A stretch of 58,050 nucleotides of DNA, counting the filler, from Squatina squatina (lineage: Eukaryota), in assembly GCA_031763465.1 (NCBI GenBank). It is 3 parts of 3 records of this genome, joined end to end, with 100 filler letters (N's around TTAATTAATTAA, not from the genome) between each part and the next. Parts side by side here need not be neighbours in the genome. Positions count along the whole stretch, not along the records: positions 1 to 22,399 come from JARFOE010000016.1; positions 22,500 to 40,903 come from JARFOE010000115.1; 1 more part is not named here. One strand, written 5' to 3'. The position numbers and the translations under genes were made by a program. Shown one piece after another: positions 10,954 through 22,713 of the stretch; the stretch's first letter is position 1; every line of letters starts with the position of its first letter. The notes under the pieces were generated by a model that was not told where the DNA came from, made no database searches, and saw only the letters and a program-made list of their open reading frames with translations.

Positions 10954-13900
10954 CTGGAGCTGTAAGGGAGCGTCTGAATCCTCATAAATTCGCCGCGCTA
11001 CACCGTTATTATCCAGTGCCATTTTCTCCAGAAAATTGAACTTAACATCATAACCAAACCCAAGGCAGTACACATTGTACCTGTCTTTTATGGCATTTTT
11101 AACATTATTCTGGATGATTGTTGGGTTTGATTCTCCTGTATTAAAAATAAACAAACAGAATTTATTTTGCAGTCATTCATTTAATGAACACAGCTCTTAG
11201 ACGGAACATGCTACAAGCCTAAGACAAAATAAATAACTGTTCAGCCATGCCTTTTTTCACAGACTTGATGTGGGGTTCTATCAGGAAGGGCATGAGGCTA
11301 CATTAGCAGTAGTTCAGGTCCCATTTAAAGAATGACTGAAACATATATTAAAGTACTTTGATCACTGATACAAATATTGCACGTGATATATTCTTCAGAA
11401 ATAGTTTAGCTTCTCTTGGACAGCTGAATTTTTTGTAATAGTACGCAAACAGATATTGGAGAAATTGTATCAAACAACTCATCAATCCTATCATTCAGTA
11501 TGCTTTACCTACCATGGTATTAGGCAGCTTGCAATTCTAGACAAACTTTGCTTCATCCAGTGTATTCAGTTTGCCTTTGGAGAAATTGAAGGGGTATACG
11601 TGTGTAAGATGTTAGCCATGGTTCAGTGGTAACTCTCACCTCTGAGTCAGAAGGTTGTTCATTCAAGTTCGACTCCAGAGATTTGCGCACCTAATTTCGG
11701 CTGACAGTGCATTACTGAGGGAGTGCTGCACTGTCGGCAGTGCTGTCTTTTGGGTGAGGCATTAAACCCTCTCCAGTGGTTGTAAAAGATCCCCTAGCAC
11801 TTTTTTTTTGGAGAAGAGCAAGGGAGTTCTCACCAGTGCCCTGGCCAATATTTATCCCTCAATCAACATCAGTAAGAACAGATTTTATGCGATCATTATC
11901 ACACTGCTATTTTTGGAGCCTTTCTGTGCAGAAATTGGCTGCCGTGACAACAGNNNNNNNNNNNNNNNNNNNNNNNNNNNNNNNNNNNNNNNNNNNNNNN
12001 NNNNNNNNNNNNNNNNNNNNNNNNNNNNNNNNNNNNNNNNNNNNNNNNNNNNNAACACGTTCATCTGAAATTCTTCTCTCTACTATTTGAGTAGTGGTGT
12101 TAACCTAAATAGCAGGGAGGGAGATTTTAGTGAAACATGGTAAGATTCCATTTGTTACAATTGCAATGCATAATTTCAGGCCAAAAGTCTTTCTAGTTTG
12201 ATATTAATAGTGGAAAATATAGTGGAGTGAAATTGTTAAGGTAAGAATTTAAATGCATTTAATGAGATTTATGAAAGTTAAGTGATGCCCAGCAAATATA
12301 TTAACACTTTTTGAGTATGCCACCAATTTGACAAAGTTAGTACCATATGCCTTGATATAGGAACAGGAATAGGCCATTTAGTCCCTCGAGCCTGTTCAAT
12401 GAGATCATGTCTGATCTGCGACCTCACTCCATATTACCACCTTTGCCTCATATCCCTTAATACCTATGGTTAACAAATCTATCAATCTCTGATTTAAAAT
12501 TAACAATTAATCTGGCATCAATTGCTGTTTGTGGACGAGAGTTCCAAACTTTTACCACCCATTGTGTGTAGAAATGTTTCCTAACTTCACTTAGGACAAG
12601 CTCAGTCACCTCCACCAATAAGTCTCTTTCCTCCTCTCTACCCATACAGCCACTGGAGCAATATGGTCACAGATGTTGGTAATTAGCTTTCCTTTTTGAA
12701 ATAAAAATCACAAGAAAAGTAGTTTAGAATTAAAATGGCTTTGAAGATTATGGCTAGGAGGAATGTCTTGGAAGAATAAGGAGGCCACATGCTGCTTGGA
12801 TAACAAGAGTCTAAATGGCAGAGGAACAAAGGGATCTAGGGGTAGATACACAAATTACTAAAAGTAGCGACACAGGTTAATAAAGCCATAACAAAAGCAA
12901 GCCAAGCACTGGGGGCCATTTCTAGAGGATAGAATTGAAATGCAAGGAAGTCACGTTAAACTCGTATAGAACATTAGTTAGATCACACTTGGAGCACTGT
13001 GGTCTCCATATTATATTATAAAAAGGATATAGCAGTATTGGAGAAGGTGCAAAAGAAGATTCCCAAAGCTGACACCAGAACTGAGAGGTTATAACTATCA
13101 GGAAAGACTGAAGATGCTGGGGCTCTTTTCTCTTGAAAAGAGAAGGCCAAGGGAGGAAGTGAGATGTTTTTTTTTATTCAGAGGATGAAAGGGTTTAATA
13201 GGGTAGATGTAGAGCAAATGTTGTNNNNNNNNNNNNNNNNNNNNNNNNNNNNNNNNNNNNNNNNNNNNNNNNNNNNNNNNNNNNNNNNNNNNNNNNNNNN
13301 NNNNNNNNNNNNNNNNNNNNNNNNCTAGCTGTAAAAGTGCATCTTTACCTGTTCTTACTTGCAAGTTTACTTGCTGTTGGCTGTAAATACAAAGTATATC
13401 TTTACCTGCTCCTAGCTGTAAGTGGATGATGTATTTTTTTGCTTGCAGTACATTTTCTGGAGTTGCCTGAACCAATGAATCCCTCCACTTTTCAATGGTG
13501 GAATCAAAACTGATTATTGTAAAATGATCCTTTATGTTCATATCTCCTAAGATTCTAAGAAGAGCTAGCTTTGTCTGTAAATGAGAAAATAATATTTATA
13601 TTATTGCCTCAGGTTAAGGCTGTTCTTCTCTCTTTTATGTATCCCCAAATTGGGCAACATTCCACACGTGAAGCTGGAGAGGCAAACCCTGACCAGTGCA
13701 GCTCAGGATGTCTCAGCATCTAAGGTTCCTCCCTCTGCTCTGTTACAAAGAAGCCAGCGATAGGTGAGAAGAATTCGAAAGCCACACCACTGAAGATCAT
13801 ATTTAGGTTGAGACTGGGCAACTTATACTTCAATGTTAGCATCGCTGCAACAGTGAGGTTGCTGTGCAATGCACATTTGTTGCAAGGCGTGTTTTGACAC

Positions 13901-14137
13901 AAATAGCACTATTGAAAACATGGGAGTATCTTTCAAACAAAGAGGGAGGAGGGTTTGGCAAAAGTTTTTCAGCAAAATGTTTGAAATAAATCTCAAAATG
14001 GATTAGGCAGATTGCAATACCTGTTTAAATTTGAGGCCACGCATAGAAAAGCTGCGGTCTATCACGAAGATTAAATTCTTAGGCAATCTTGGTAGATTCG
14101 TTGGTGCAAAATGGTGGACAAAATAGCCATTCACAAT
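10954..14137 (-). CDS. ITIH3: ITIH3-like paralog B, three VWA-domain exons
   Basis: Exons 14021-14137 (117 nt, [39 protein letters not shown]), 13406-13574 (169, [12 protein letters not shown]...LQLGA), 10954-11135 (182, [12 protein letters not shown]...[12 protein letters not shown]). The 117-nt exon duplicates the one at 8201, so this is a second gene. The 182-nt exon is on a different contig, so its assignment to B is by order only. Confidence 0.88.
11610..11953 (+). mobile_element. Deu-domain tRNA-derived SINE (SacSINE1-like)
   Basis: tRNA-like head (gttagccatggttcagtggtaa...ttcaagttcgactccag) then actgagggagtgctgcactgtcgg...gtaaaagatccc... Confidence 0.8.
12360..13224. mobile_element. 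Two CR1 LINE fragments (12360-12590 minus, 3' end; 12780-13224 plus, ORF2 C-terminal region)
   Basis: [18 protein letters not shown]...FKSEIDRF (CR1 ORF2 C-terminus) and degenerate LYRTLVRxHLE/LEKVQ motifs. Confidence 0.75.
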
Positions 14138-14576
14138 CTGAAATAATATATATGAGGCAATTGGTGAAATGTTACACAACGTGAAGAAANNNNNNNNNNN
14201 NNNNNNNNNNNNNNNNNNNNNNNNNNNNNNNNNNNNNNNNNNNNNNNNNNNNNNNNNNNNNNNNNNNNNNNNNNNNNNNNNNNNNNNNNCTCATATTTCT
14301 AGGGAAATCTCAAAATTCTTGGCTAGCTGATCTGATGTGCCATTCTTACTGGCTCATGGGGCAATTTTATAATGGGCTCAGACTTTGACCACCCCTAAGG
14401 GCTATTGCCTCCTCTCAGCCTCTGCCAGAATCCACTGGATTAGCCCTGCCGAAGGCAACATCTCGGTATCCGCAGAGTTAAATCCTCTTTTATTCCAAAT
14501 CGCATTTTGCTTGTCAAAACCTTAGGTGGTGGGGGAGTGGGGAAGAGTCAATCACAATAGCAGATCCCAAACTTGA

Positions 14577-16480
14577 AGTCTTCACCTTCTTAGGCAGTCC
14601 TTCGGGGTTGAGGATGACTCGCTTCCACTCGAGTTGTGGGTTCTGAGGTGACTAAATAGTCCTATACTGGATCAGCAAGTTTGACCACAGGTGGGACAGG
14701 CCGTGTTTGATGGGGCGAATGGGTGGGATACTCGGATTGTCGCATGCTCCTTCTGCTGCTGTGTTTGGCCTCCACATGCTCCCACCGGAGAAGCTCGAAG
14801 TGATTGGCGCCTTTGCGGATGTTTCTCCTCCAGTTTTGGCGATCTTGGGCCAGAAATGAGTCAGTAGGGGTGCTAAATTTTTTCAGGGAAGCTTTGAGGA
14901 CATCCCTGAAGCGTTTCCTCTACCCTCCTGGTAATCGCTTGCTGTGACGAAGCTCGGAGTAGAGTGCTTGTTTTGGGAGTCTTGAGTTGGGCATGTGGAC
15001 ATTGAGGCACACCCATCGCAGCTGGTTGAACGTGACCAGTGCCTCAATGCTGGAAATGTTGGCCTGAGAGAGGACGCTGACATTGGTATGCCTATCCTGC
15101 CAGTGCAGTTGAAGGATTTTGCAGAGGCGGCGTTGGTGGTACTTCTCCAGTGCTTTGAGGTGTCTACTGCATATTGTCCATGTCTCTGACGCATACAGGA
15201 GTGCGGGTATCACTGCTGCCCTGTAGACCATGAGCTTGGTGCCGGGTTTGCGGTCCTTATCTTCAAACACTCTTTTCCTCATGCAGCCGAAGGCTGTGCT
15301 GGCACACTGGAGGTGGTGTTGAGTTTCGTCGTCTTATGTCTGCCCTCACTGAGAGGAGGCTCCTAAGGTATGGAAAGTGATCCACGTTGTCCAGGGGCCC
15401 TTGATAGTTGGGGGGGTCGGCAGTGTTGTGCGGCTGGGGCAGGTTGGTGCAGGACCTTTGTCTTGCGGATGTTTAGTGTGAGGCCCATTCTCTCGTACGC
15501 CTCGGTGAATAAATTGACGATGGATTGGAGTTCAGCCTCCGAGTGTGCACACACACAAGCGTCGTCTGCATACTGCAGTTCGATGATAGAGGTTGGGGTG
15601 GTCTTGTTTCTGGACTGGAGGTGGTGGAGGTTGAACAGTTTTCCACTCGTCCTGTAAATTAACTTCACTCCAGTGGGGAGCTTCATGGAGATGGGATGAA
15701 GAGTTGTGGCAAGGAAGATGGAGAAGAGCGTCGGTGCGATGACACAGACTTGCCTGACCCCACTTTGCACTTGTATTGGGTCTGTGGTTGAACCGTTAGT
15801 GAGGATCACAGCTTGCATGTCATTGTAGAGCAGGCGGAGGATGGTAACGAATTTTTGCGAGTAGCCAAATTTGAGGAGGACCCTCCATAATCCAACCTGG
15901 TTGAACGAGTGGAAGGCCTTTGTGAGGTCAAAAAAGGCCATGTACAGAGGTTGATGCTGCTCTCTGCGCTTTTCTTGGACTTGCGCTGAAGATCATGTCC
16001 ATTGTGGCTCTTGATGGGCGGAATCCGCATTGTGACTCTGGAAGGAGCTCTTCAGCTTTCCCTATGGCAGACAGCAGGGAGATCCCTCTGTATTTTCCGC
16101 AATCAGACTTGTCTCTTTTCTTGAAGATAGTCACGCTTATAGCGTCTCGGAGATTCCCTAGCATGCTCTCCTCCTCCCAGATGAGGGAGATGAGATCATG
16201 GATTCGTGCCATGAGTGCCTCTCCACTGTACTTTAGTATTTCGGTGGGTATTCTGTCTGCGCCAGAGGTCTTGTTTTTCAGCTGCCAGGTGGCCTTTTGA
16301 ACCTCGTGTCGGGCAGGAGTTGTGCTGAGATAGTGGCAAGTAAGATGCTGTGGGATGGAATCGAGGACCGAGTCTTGGTTGAAGAGTTCCTCGAAGTGCT
16401 CCTTCCAGCGGGCGCTGACTGCCCCTTGGTCCTTGATGAGCACCTCTCCGTTTTTAGCTCTCAGGGCACTGGTGACCCAC
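14577..16480 (-). mobile_element. RTE-clade LINE, 5'-truncated, frameshifted reverse transcriptase
   Basis: Overlapping ORFs with RWKEHFEEL, YRGISLLS, LPESQCGFRPSR, FFDLTKAF, LQYADD, TKLMVYRAAVIPALLYASETWT, RLPKQALYSEL, typical of RTE; 3' UTR ends in cttaggcagtccttcggggttgaggatgac. Confidence 0.92.
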
Positions 16481-16719
16481 CCTGATTGGGTAGAGTCTAA
16501 GGCTTTGGATGTGGGCACACGTACAACCTGCTTTGCCACACTTTGGAATTTTATCCCAGTGAAAATCTCTTGATTGTTAAAAACAGGTGGTCAACTGACG
16601 CTTTAAAATCTGAAATTTAGTTGCCCAACTTATATTTTAGTAGCATAGCACAACCAGATGAAATTCTACCCCAGACTGCAAAATATTAAAAGACAAGGTG
16701 ATATTTTCTTTTGTTACAG

Positions 16720-16845
16720 GAACAAATATAAATGATCCTATGCTGCAAGCAGTAAGACATCTGGACAAGGCCCATCAAGAAAAGCAACTACCTGAAAGAA
16801 GCGTCTCCATGATTATTTTATTAACTGATGGTGATCCAAATGCAG
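16720..16845 (+). CDS. ITIH3: ITIH3-like VWA exon on the opposite strand
   Basis: ttgttacag|126 nt|gttagt encodes GTNINDPMLQAVRHLDKAHQEKQLPERSVSMIILLTDGDPNAG, the exon that normally sits between the 169- and 182-nt exons. Confidence 0.88.
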
Positions 16846-17064
16846 GTTAGTAAAAATAAATGTATTATATCTCTGTGTTGTGAAGGTCTGTCTAGCTGAA
16901 CTAAAGCTCAAAACTGGACGGGGACAGGGTAGGCCTGAAATGGGCAACATCGGGGCTTGTGTTCTGATGCTTCCTTTGCTGCTAATGAAAAAAGTCTTTG
17001 AAAACTTGACTAACTTTCAGAGCCAATGCCTTCAGATAATAAAACAGAAAATATGCCTCAAATA

Positions 17065-17600
17065 TTAGCGTCATGCAAAGCGACGAAGCGCCAGCAACTT
17101 TCCGCCGCGTGGGGTTCCGGACAACCAAGAAAAGGCAGGACCGGTCGTCCTGCTCTCCTTCTTCCTTTCACCCCGTTACAAATAACGGTTTGCGGTGCCA
17201 AGTTTTTGATCTCAGCCTCCTGACTCTGCCGTTTCCCGGAGGGATGAGGCTCCGCCGATCACAGCCCAGCCTCGCCTCGACAAACCGCCACCCGCGCCTT
17301 TCCCAACCGCCAACCCGATTTAACGGTCGTGCGGGTGACGTCACAGAGGCGCGTGGCGGCGGCGGAACGTTCTGGAAAGTTCAGAGCGGCTGCCCAGCGC
17401 GCGCGCTCTTCTCACCGCACCGCTTTTGCCAACTCCGAGGCAGCATGTGCACGGGCACGTGCCCCCTTCTTAATCGGGTACCACCAATCAGGACTGAGAC
17501 CTAAACCAATAGTCGCGAGAGCCTTTGGCGCAGTGTCACCATTCTCGTTTCTGGGCCAGAAGCTGCAGCGTTGGAACCCTTCCCCCACCAGACAGTCCCA
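17065..17600. promoter_or_regulatory. CpG-island promoter with CRE, heat-shock element, two CCAAT boxes and a TCGCGAGA motif
   Basis: CpG-dense stretch; TGACGTCA 17336-17343; gGAAcgTTCtgGAAagTTCa 17364-17383; CCAAT 17484-17488 and 17506-17510; TCGCGAGA 17513-17520. Confidence 0.7.
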
Positions 17601-17910
17601 GCTCTGGTTTTGAATTCTGCTTTGACATCCAGAGGGATACTTGTGACCTGGTACCCCCAACCCCACACCATGATGTGGGTTGTGGGAGCGTTAAAAAAAC
17701 TCCCGCCATATTGGTACAGTACAATGACAGTTTCATAGAAAATAGCTGCAGGAGTAGGCCATTCGGCCCTTCAAGCCTGCACTGCCATTCAATATGATAA
17801 AGGCTGATCCNNNNNNNNNNNNNNNNNNNNNNNNNNNNNNNNNNNNNNNNNNNNNNNNNNNNNNNNNNNNNNNNNNNNNNNNNNNNNNNNNNNNNNNNNN
17901 NNNNNNNNNN

Positions 17911-18117
17911 TTTCTTCACCCAGAGAGTGGTGGACCTGTGGAATTCTCTACCACTGAAGGCAGTTGAGGCCAAATCATTAAATATATGCAAGAAAGAGTT
18001 AGATATAGTTCTTATGGCTAAAGAGATCAGGGGATATGGGGAGAAAACAGAAGCAGGCTATTGAATTTGGATGATCAGCCATGATCATGTTGCTATTTTC
18101 TATGTTTCTATGTTTCT
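17911..18117 (+). mobile_element. CR1 LINE 3' end with (CTATGTTT)n tail
   Basis: ttcttcacccagagagtggtggacctgtggaattctctacc (FFTQRVVDLWNSLP) ... ttttctatgtttctatgtttcta. Confidence 0.85.
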
Positions 18118-18660
18118 AATCCACCCCTATCCAAGTGACTGTTAATTTTGTCCCTGATTGCTGTTTCTAAAAGCTTCCCCACTCCTGAGGTTAAACTGAC
18201 TGGCTTGTAGCTGTTGGGTTTATCTTTACTCCCTCTTTTGAACAATGGCGTTATATTTGCAGTTCTCCAGTCCCCTGTCACCACCCCTGTATCTATGGAG
18301 GATTGGAATAGTATGGCCAGTACCTCCGCGATTTCCACCCTCAATTCCCTCAGCATCCCAGGATGCATCCCATCCACTGCTGGTGATTTATCTATTTTAA
18401 GTCCAGCCAGCCTTTCAAATACTTCTTTATCAATTTTTATCCTATCAAGTATCTCCACTACCTCCTCTTTCACTGTGTCAATGGCAGCATCCTCTTTCTT
18501 GGTGAAGACAGATGCAAAGTACTCATGTAGTAACTCAGCTATACCTTCTGTCTCCATGTATAGCTCTCCTGTTTGTCCCTAATTGGCCCCATCCCTCCTC
18601 TTATTACAAATTTACTATTTATATGCTTATAACAGACTTTTGATTTCCCTTTTATGTTAG
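18118..18660 (-). mobile_element. CR1 LINE ORF2 fragment (pre-RT region)
   Basis: LLHEYFASVFT...DKSPAVDGMHPGMLREL...DWRTANITPLFKRGSKDKPNSYKPVSLTS. Confidence 0.9.
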
Positions 18661-19120
18661 CTAGAGTCATAAAACTAAATGTTCAGATCACTCATTTGTG
18701 AAAAGTTAGTGAGAAGAATATTCACCCCTGGTTGAGGGGATTTCACTCCCAGAACTCACATAAATAATGAAGATTATTATTCTGCCACCATGATTAGAAT
18801 ATACCCATTCCAGACTATTTAAAATCAATTTTAATTGAATTACCAAATTAACTATTAAATTACTTTTACATTGAACCAAATTACCACCAAAGTTCTTGCA
18901 CAAGCAAAAGGATTACACAATGGAGAAAAGTAAAATTCTTGTTTTATCACAAAATTTAGCAACAGCATCCTAACTCTTTCACCACAATGAATCATTAGGT
19001 CTTTCTCACTGGGAGAATAAACTAAATGGTCCATTATTCCCCATGGACATCCAGTAGTTACTACACTGTACACTATTTGTGACTTTCCAGTCAAATTAAT
19101 TTACCTTTACTTTGACGCAG

Positions 19121-19481
19121 GCCAGTTTTACCATGAAGTAAATGCTGAGATATATAACATTCGCCCCGGCTTAGATCAAGGCAAACCTGATGCAACAATG
19201 TTTGTAAAAGGTCACAAACTCAGAGTAACGAGGTAATATATCCGAGATGGAGTCATGCTTTTGAGTTGTCCTATTTAATAGTTGTAATTTTTCTGCACAT
19301 TTCTTACATGCATTTTATTGATGACTTTACTTTTAGGGGGTACCAGAAATATTACAGATTCGATCCAAAGCTGGGTACCAATATCCCATGCTGGTTTGTT
19401 CACTACAATGGGAAAGGATTTATTGATGGAACTCCCACTGACTACGTTGTTTCTTCTTTATTTGGCTCACTGCATCAATAG
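19121..19481 (+). CDS. ITIH3: ITIH3-like heavy chain, last two coding exons
   Basis: 19121-19232 (112 nt, [38 protein letters not shown]) and 19337-19481 ([47 protein letters not shown]), the ITI heavy-chain C-terminal domain. Confidence 0.9.
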
Positions 19482-20779
19482 CCTGAGATCAGATGGTGAA
19501 AGTCGATTCCTTTCGAACCCTTTGTATGAATTTATTGTTTAATCACTATAGATAAAAATCTTCACGCACTTCCTGTTTTTTCAATTATAAATTCTTATGT
19601 AAACTGACCAGATTTAGCTTGTGTGTGTCAAGAATGGAACCGGTTGATGTCAGATGAGCTCCAATACTGATCCTTTAAAGTAAAAAGCAGCAAATCTGCT
19701 ATCCATTCTCCCAACAGAAGCAATTGCGTATTCGGCCTATGGCAACATATGGTAGTGTAAGCTGGGTTCCAGTACCAACTGAGTTGGAGGGCATTTAAGC
19801 ACAGTTCCCTGATTTAACTTGAGAGCCACTTTGACACAATACTATTGATTCCGGAGTCAGTGACACTGGTACAGGCACTAATACAACTCCAGCATTGTAA
19901 AAGAACACAGGAGAAAGTGGCCTGGTACTGGATTGGCTTCAGTACTGCTCATTATGATGAAGGAACAATGGGCCAAAAGAACATTGCGCTGACTTTGTTG
20001 GACCCAATCATTATATAAGGTGTCCATTGTGGAACAGTGGTGTTGGGTAGCTCGAATATGAATATGCATTTGGAAAGATGATCCATCTGAAGAGAGTTAT
20101 CCAGTAATTTAGCAATACAAATTTGGTTCCAAAAGTATTCTTGATAGTTGGACAAACTTAATTGTTACTACTCAATTTTTATTTGGTGAGGCCCAATGGC
20201 AACACTGAACAATGTCTCCAGTGCTAGCATCAAGGAAACCTATACATCTACCAGGATAGGGCAGGCTCTGATATAAGGCTTGACATGAGCTCTAATGACT
20301 GTACAAATGAAGTGACAGAATAAAGATTCTGTGAACAATCCTATAAAACATGTTATACACGCAGTTGGTATTCTTACACATGTAGACAAATAAATAAATC
20401 AATTTTAAATTACTTTCAATCCATGTGTACTGTTGTTATTGCAGCTCTTATTCCTGTGGTTTCTGATCTTCCATTAAATCCCCAAATTTCTCGAGACAAA
20501 TAGATTTAAATCTTTATATTAATTTTAGTTATCTAGCTTTTTATTTTAATTGTGATTTGATACACTGGCTTGATGTTCTATTTATGTGAAATCTTGTTTT
20601 GTCTGCTGATTTGATTTCTTCATTTCATCCTTCTCCTTCTTGGCTAAGATAGACTGGCAAATGATACTTAAAGGGTTGANNNNNNNNNNNNNNNNNNNNN
20701 NNNNNNNNNNNNNNNNNNNNNNNNNNNNNNNNNNNNNNNNNNNNNNNNNNNNNNNNNNNNNNNNNNNNNNNNNNNNNNN

Positions 20780-21610
20780 CAAAAACAAACATCATTAAAG
20801 TTGGAGACCTGGGCATAGCCAGAGTGTTGGAGAACCAGCATGATATGGCCAGTACTCTGATTGGAACCCCATATTACATGAGCCCTGAACTCTTCTGTAA
20901 TAAACCTTACAACTATAAGGTAGAGTGCTATAACCTTATTGTGCTTTTGGTTAGATCAGCTTTACATTATAGGTTAAGTATACATTTTTCCTGTTACTAC
21001 ACAGGGTGTGTGCTTTTCATCTCCTTTAATATTCCCTTTGTTTTGGGCAGAAGCTGTTCTACAATACCTCACCAATGTAGCCATTTTCACGTGTGAACCT
21101 AAACAATATCAGGAGGCTCCTCGACTCCCAACTCACAGCGACTCCAACGCAATCCTTCCCTGGCATCCACACACATGCACTTCCAGTTGGATTTGCTGGA
21201 TAGAGATCAGGAATCATCGTCTTTTTTTTTCTATTTTCCATACCCTAGAGCATGCTGAGACTAATTGTAGCTCAACTCCAATCTGTCTATCAGCTATCAT
21301 AGCAGGAAAATTCCAAGTTCAATCCTGCTGTTAAGTGATCTTGCCACATATTAGGTTGATTTTGCTGGCTCCACTCTGGACAGTATGCCATAAAGTGAAG
21401 ATTTAAAGAATTATGGATAACATTAGAACAGATCTTTGCAGTGAAACATGGAAAGAATAAAAATTGTCTGTCTTGCAAACCTTTCTTCATTTTTCTGTAC
21501 AGTCTGACGTTTGGGCCCTCGGTTGTTGTGCATTTGAAATGGCAACGTTGAAACATGCCTTTAATGCCAAGGATATGAACTCCTTGGTTTTCAAGATTAT
21601 TGAAGGGAAG
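20780..21610 (+). CDS. NEK4: NIMA-related kinase 4, two kinase-domain exons
   Basis: 20780-20919 (KTNIIKVGDLGIARVLENQHDMASTLIGTPYYMSPELFCNKPYNYK|gt) and 21503-21610 (SDVWALGCCAFEMATLKHAFNAKDMNSLVFKIIEGK|gt); NEK4-type GDLG motif; adjacent to the ITIH cluster as in human. Confidence 0.95.
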
Positions 21611-22399
21611 GTAATGTACATTCCATGATGTTTTTCCTGTTTTCTATTAACCTTTACTCAGTTTACCAGTATTAAGCAGTTCAAGAAGGTGGCAGCCTTC
21701 TCAAGGGCAGATGCGGATGGGCAATAAATGCTAGCCTTGCTAGCAGCTCCCACATCCTGAGAATTAATAAAAAGAGTAAAAGAAAGAACTTGCTGATATG
21801 TTGGCCACCGATAAAAGTCACTAATGTGGATAAGCTTTGAGGAGCAAATGAAAAATCATGAATTTATGACTTATTTAAGCAATTCAAGATTAGAAAAGGT
21901 TGTTTATAATTCATATCTTTGTCTAATAGAATAGCTGCAGTTCATGTTCATGAGTGATTTATATTCCAATAGCTGCAGTCTAGTTGGCTGTAGATAGAAT
22001 ATACAGGAAAATAATGTTCATGATGCATGTATAGATTTATAAGTTTCTGCTTTGAGAGGCACAGGAATGAGGTTAGAGATGAAAGAGCCTTACTGGTTGA
22101 GTGGAAGAGTGTTTTTAAAAGTATTGTGCAGTATGCCTTTGAAGTATGTTGGCGAGAAATAATGGTGAGTGTTACAGTAAAGAAAAGTAATGTTTTTCTT
22201 TAAATTTTAATGAGAGCTTTCTAGTTTAAAGTATTACAAGCAGTATGGTAAAGCAAAGAATTACATACAGTCTGCCAAACAAAACAACAGAAAGAAATAA
22301 AAACGGAAAATGCTGGAAATACCAGCATCTGTGGAGCGAGAAACAGAGTTAACGGCCCTGAAGATGCAATTGGAGGCCTTCTGCGTGCGGAGGCCTCTG

Positions 22400-22499
22400 N
22401 NNNNNNNNNNNNNNNNNNNNNNNNNNNNNNNNNNNNNNNNNNNTTAATTAATTAANNNNNNNNNNNNNNNNNNNNNNNNNNNNNNNNNNNNNNNNNNNN
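22400..22499. other. Artificial spacer N44-TTAATTAATTAA-N44
   Basis: 12-mer with stops in all frames at 22444-22455 centred in Ns; synteny switches across it. Confidence 0.95.
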
Positions 22500-22678
22500 A
22501 ACGGCGTTACCCAAACAGCGGGCAAAATCGCTGAAGCTCTAGCCTTATCAGCAAGAAGTGACAGGAAAAGCAGAGCGGTCCGTGTACTGACTCGCGCCTC
22601 AGGGATTGTTTTCTCTCGAATGTCCCTCACATCGCACAACCAGCTCTGCTCCGGCTGTGGGGTCAGAGCAAAGGCACC

Positions 22679-22702
22679 GACACACACACACACACACACA
22701 CA
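22679..22702. repeat. (CA)n microsatellite at the start of ARID1B intron 1
   Basis: Direct reading. Confidence 0.9.
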
Positions 22703-22713
22703 GGTCGCTTTAC

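Noticed and set aside
14920-16539. Possible active or domesticated reverse transcriptase
   Set aside because: Multiple frameshifts, deletions and no endonuclease domain; a dead RTE copy.
22400-22499. TTAATTAATTAA palindromes, and apparent NEK4-ARID1B and TFB1M-block 3 adjacency
   Set aside because: Synthetic concatenation spacers (also 40904-41003); adjacency across them is not biological.
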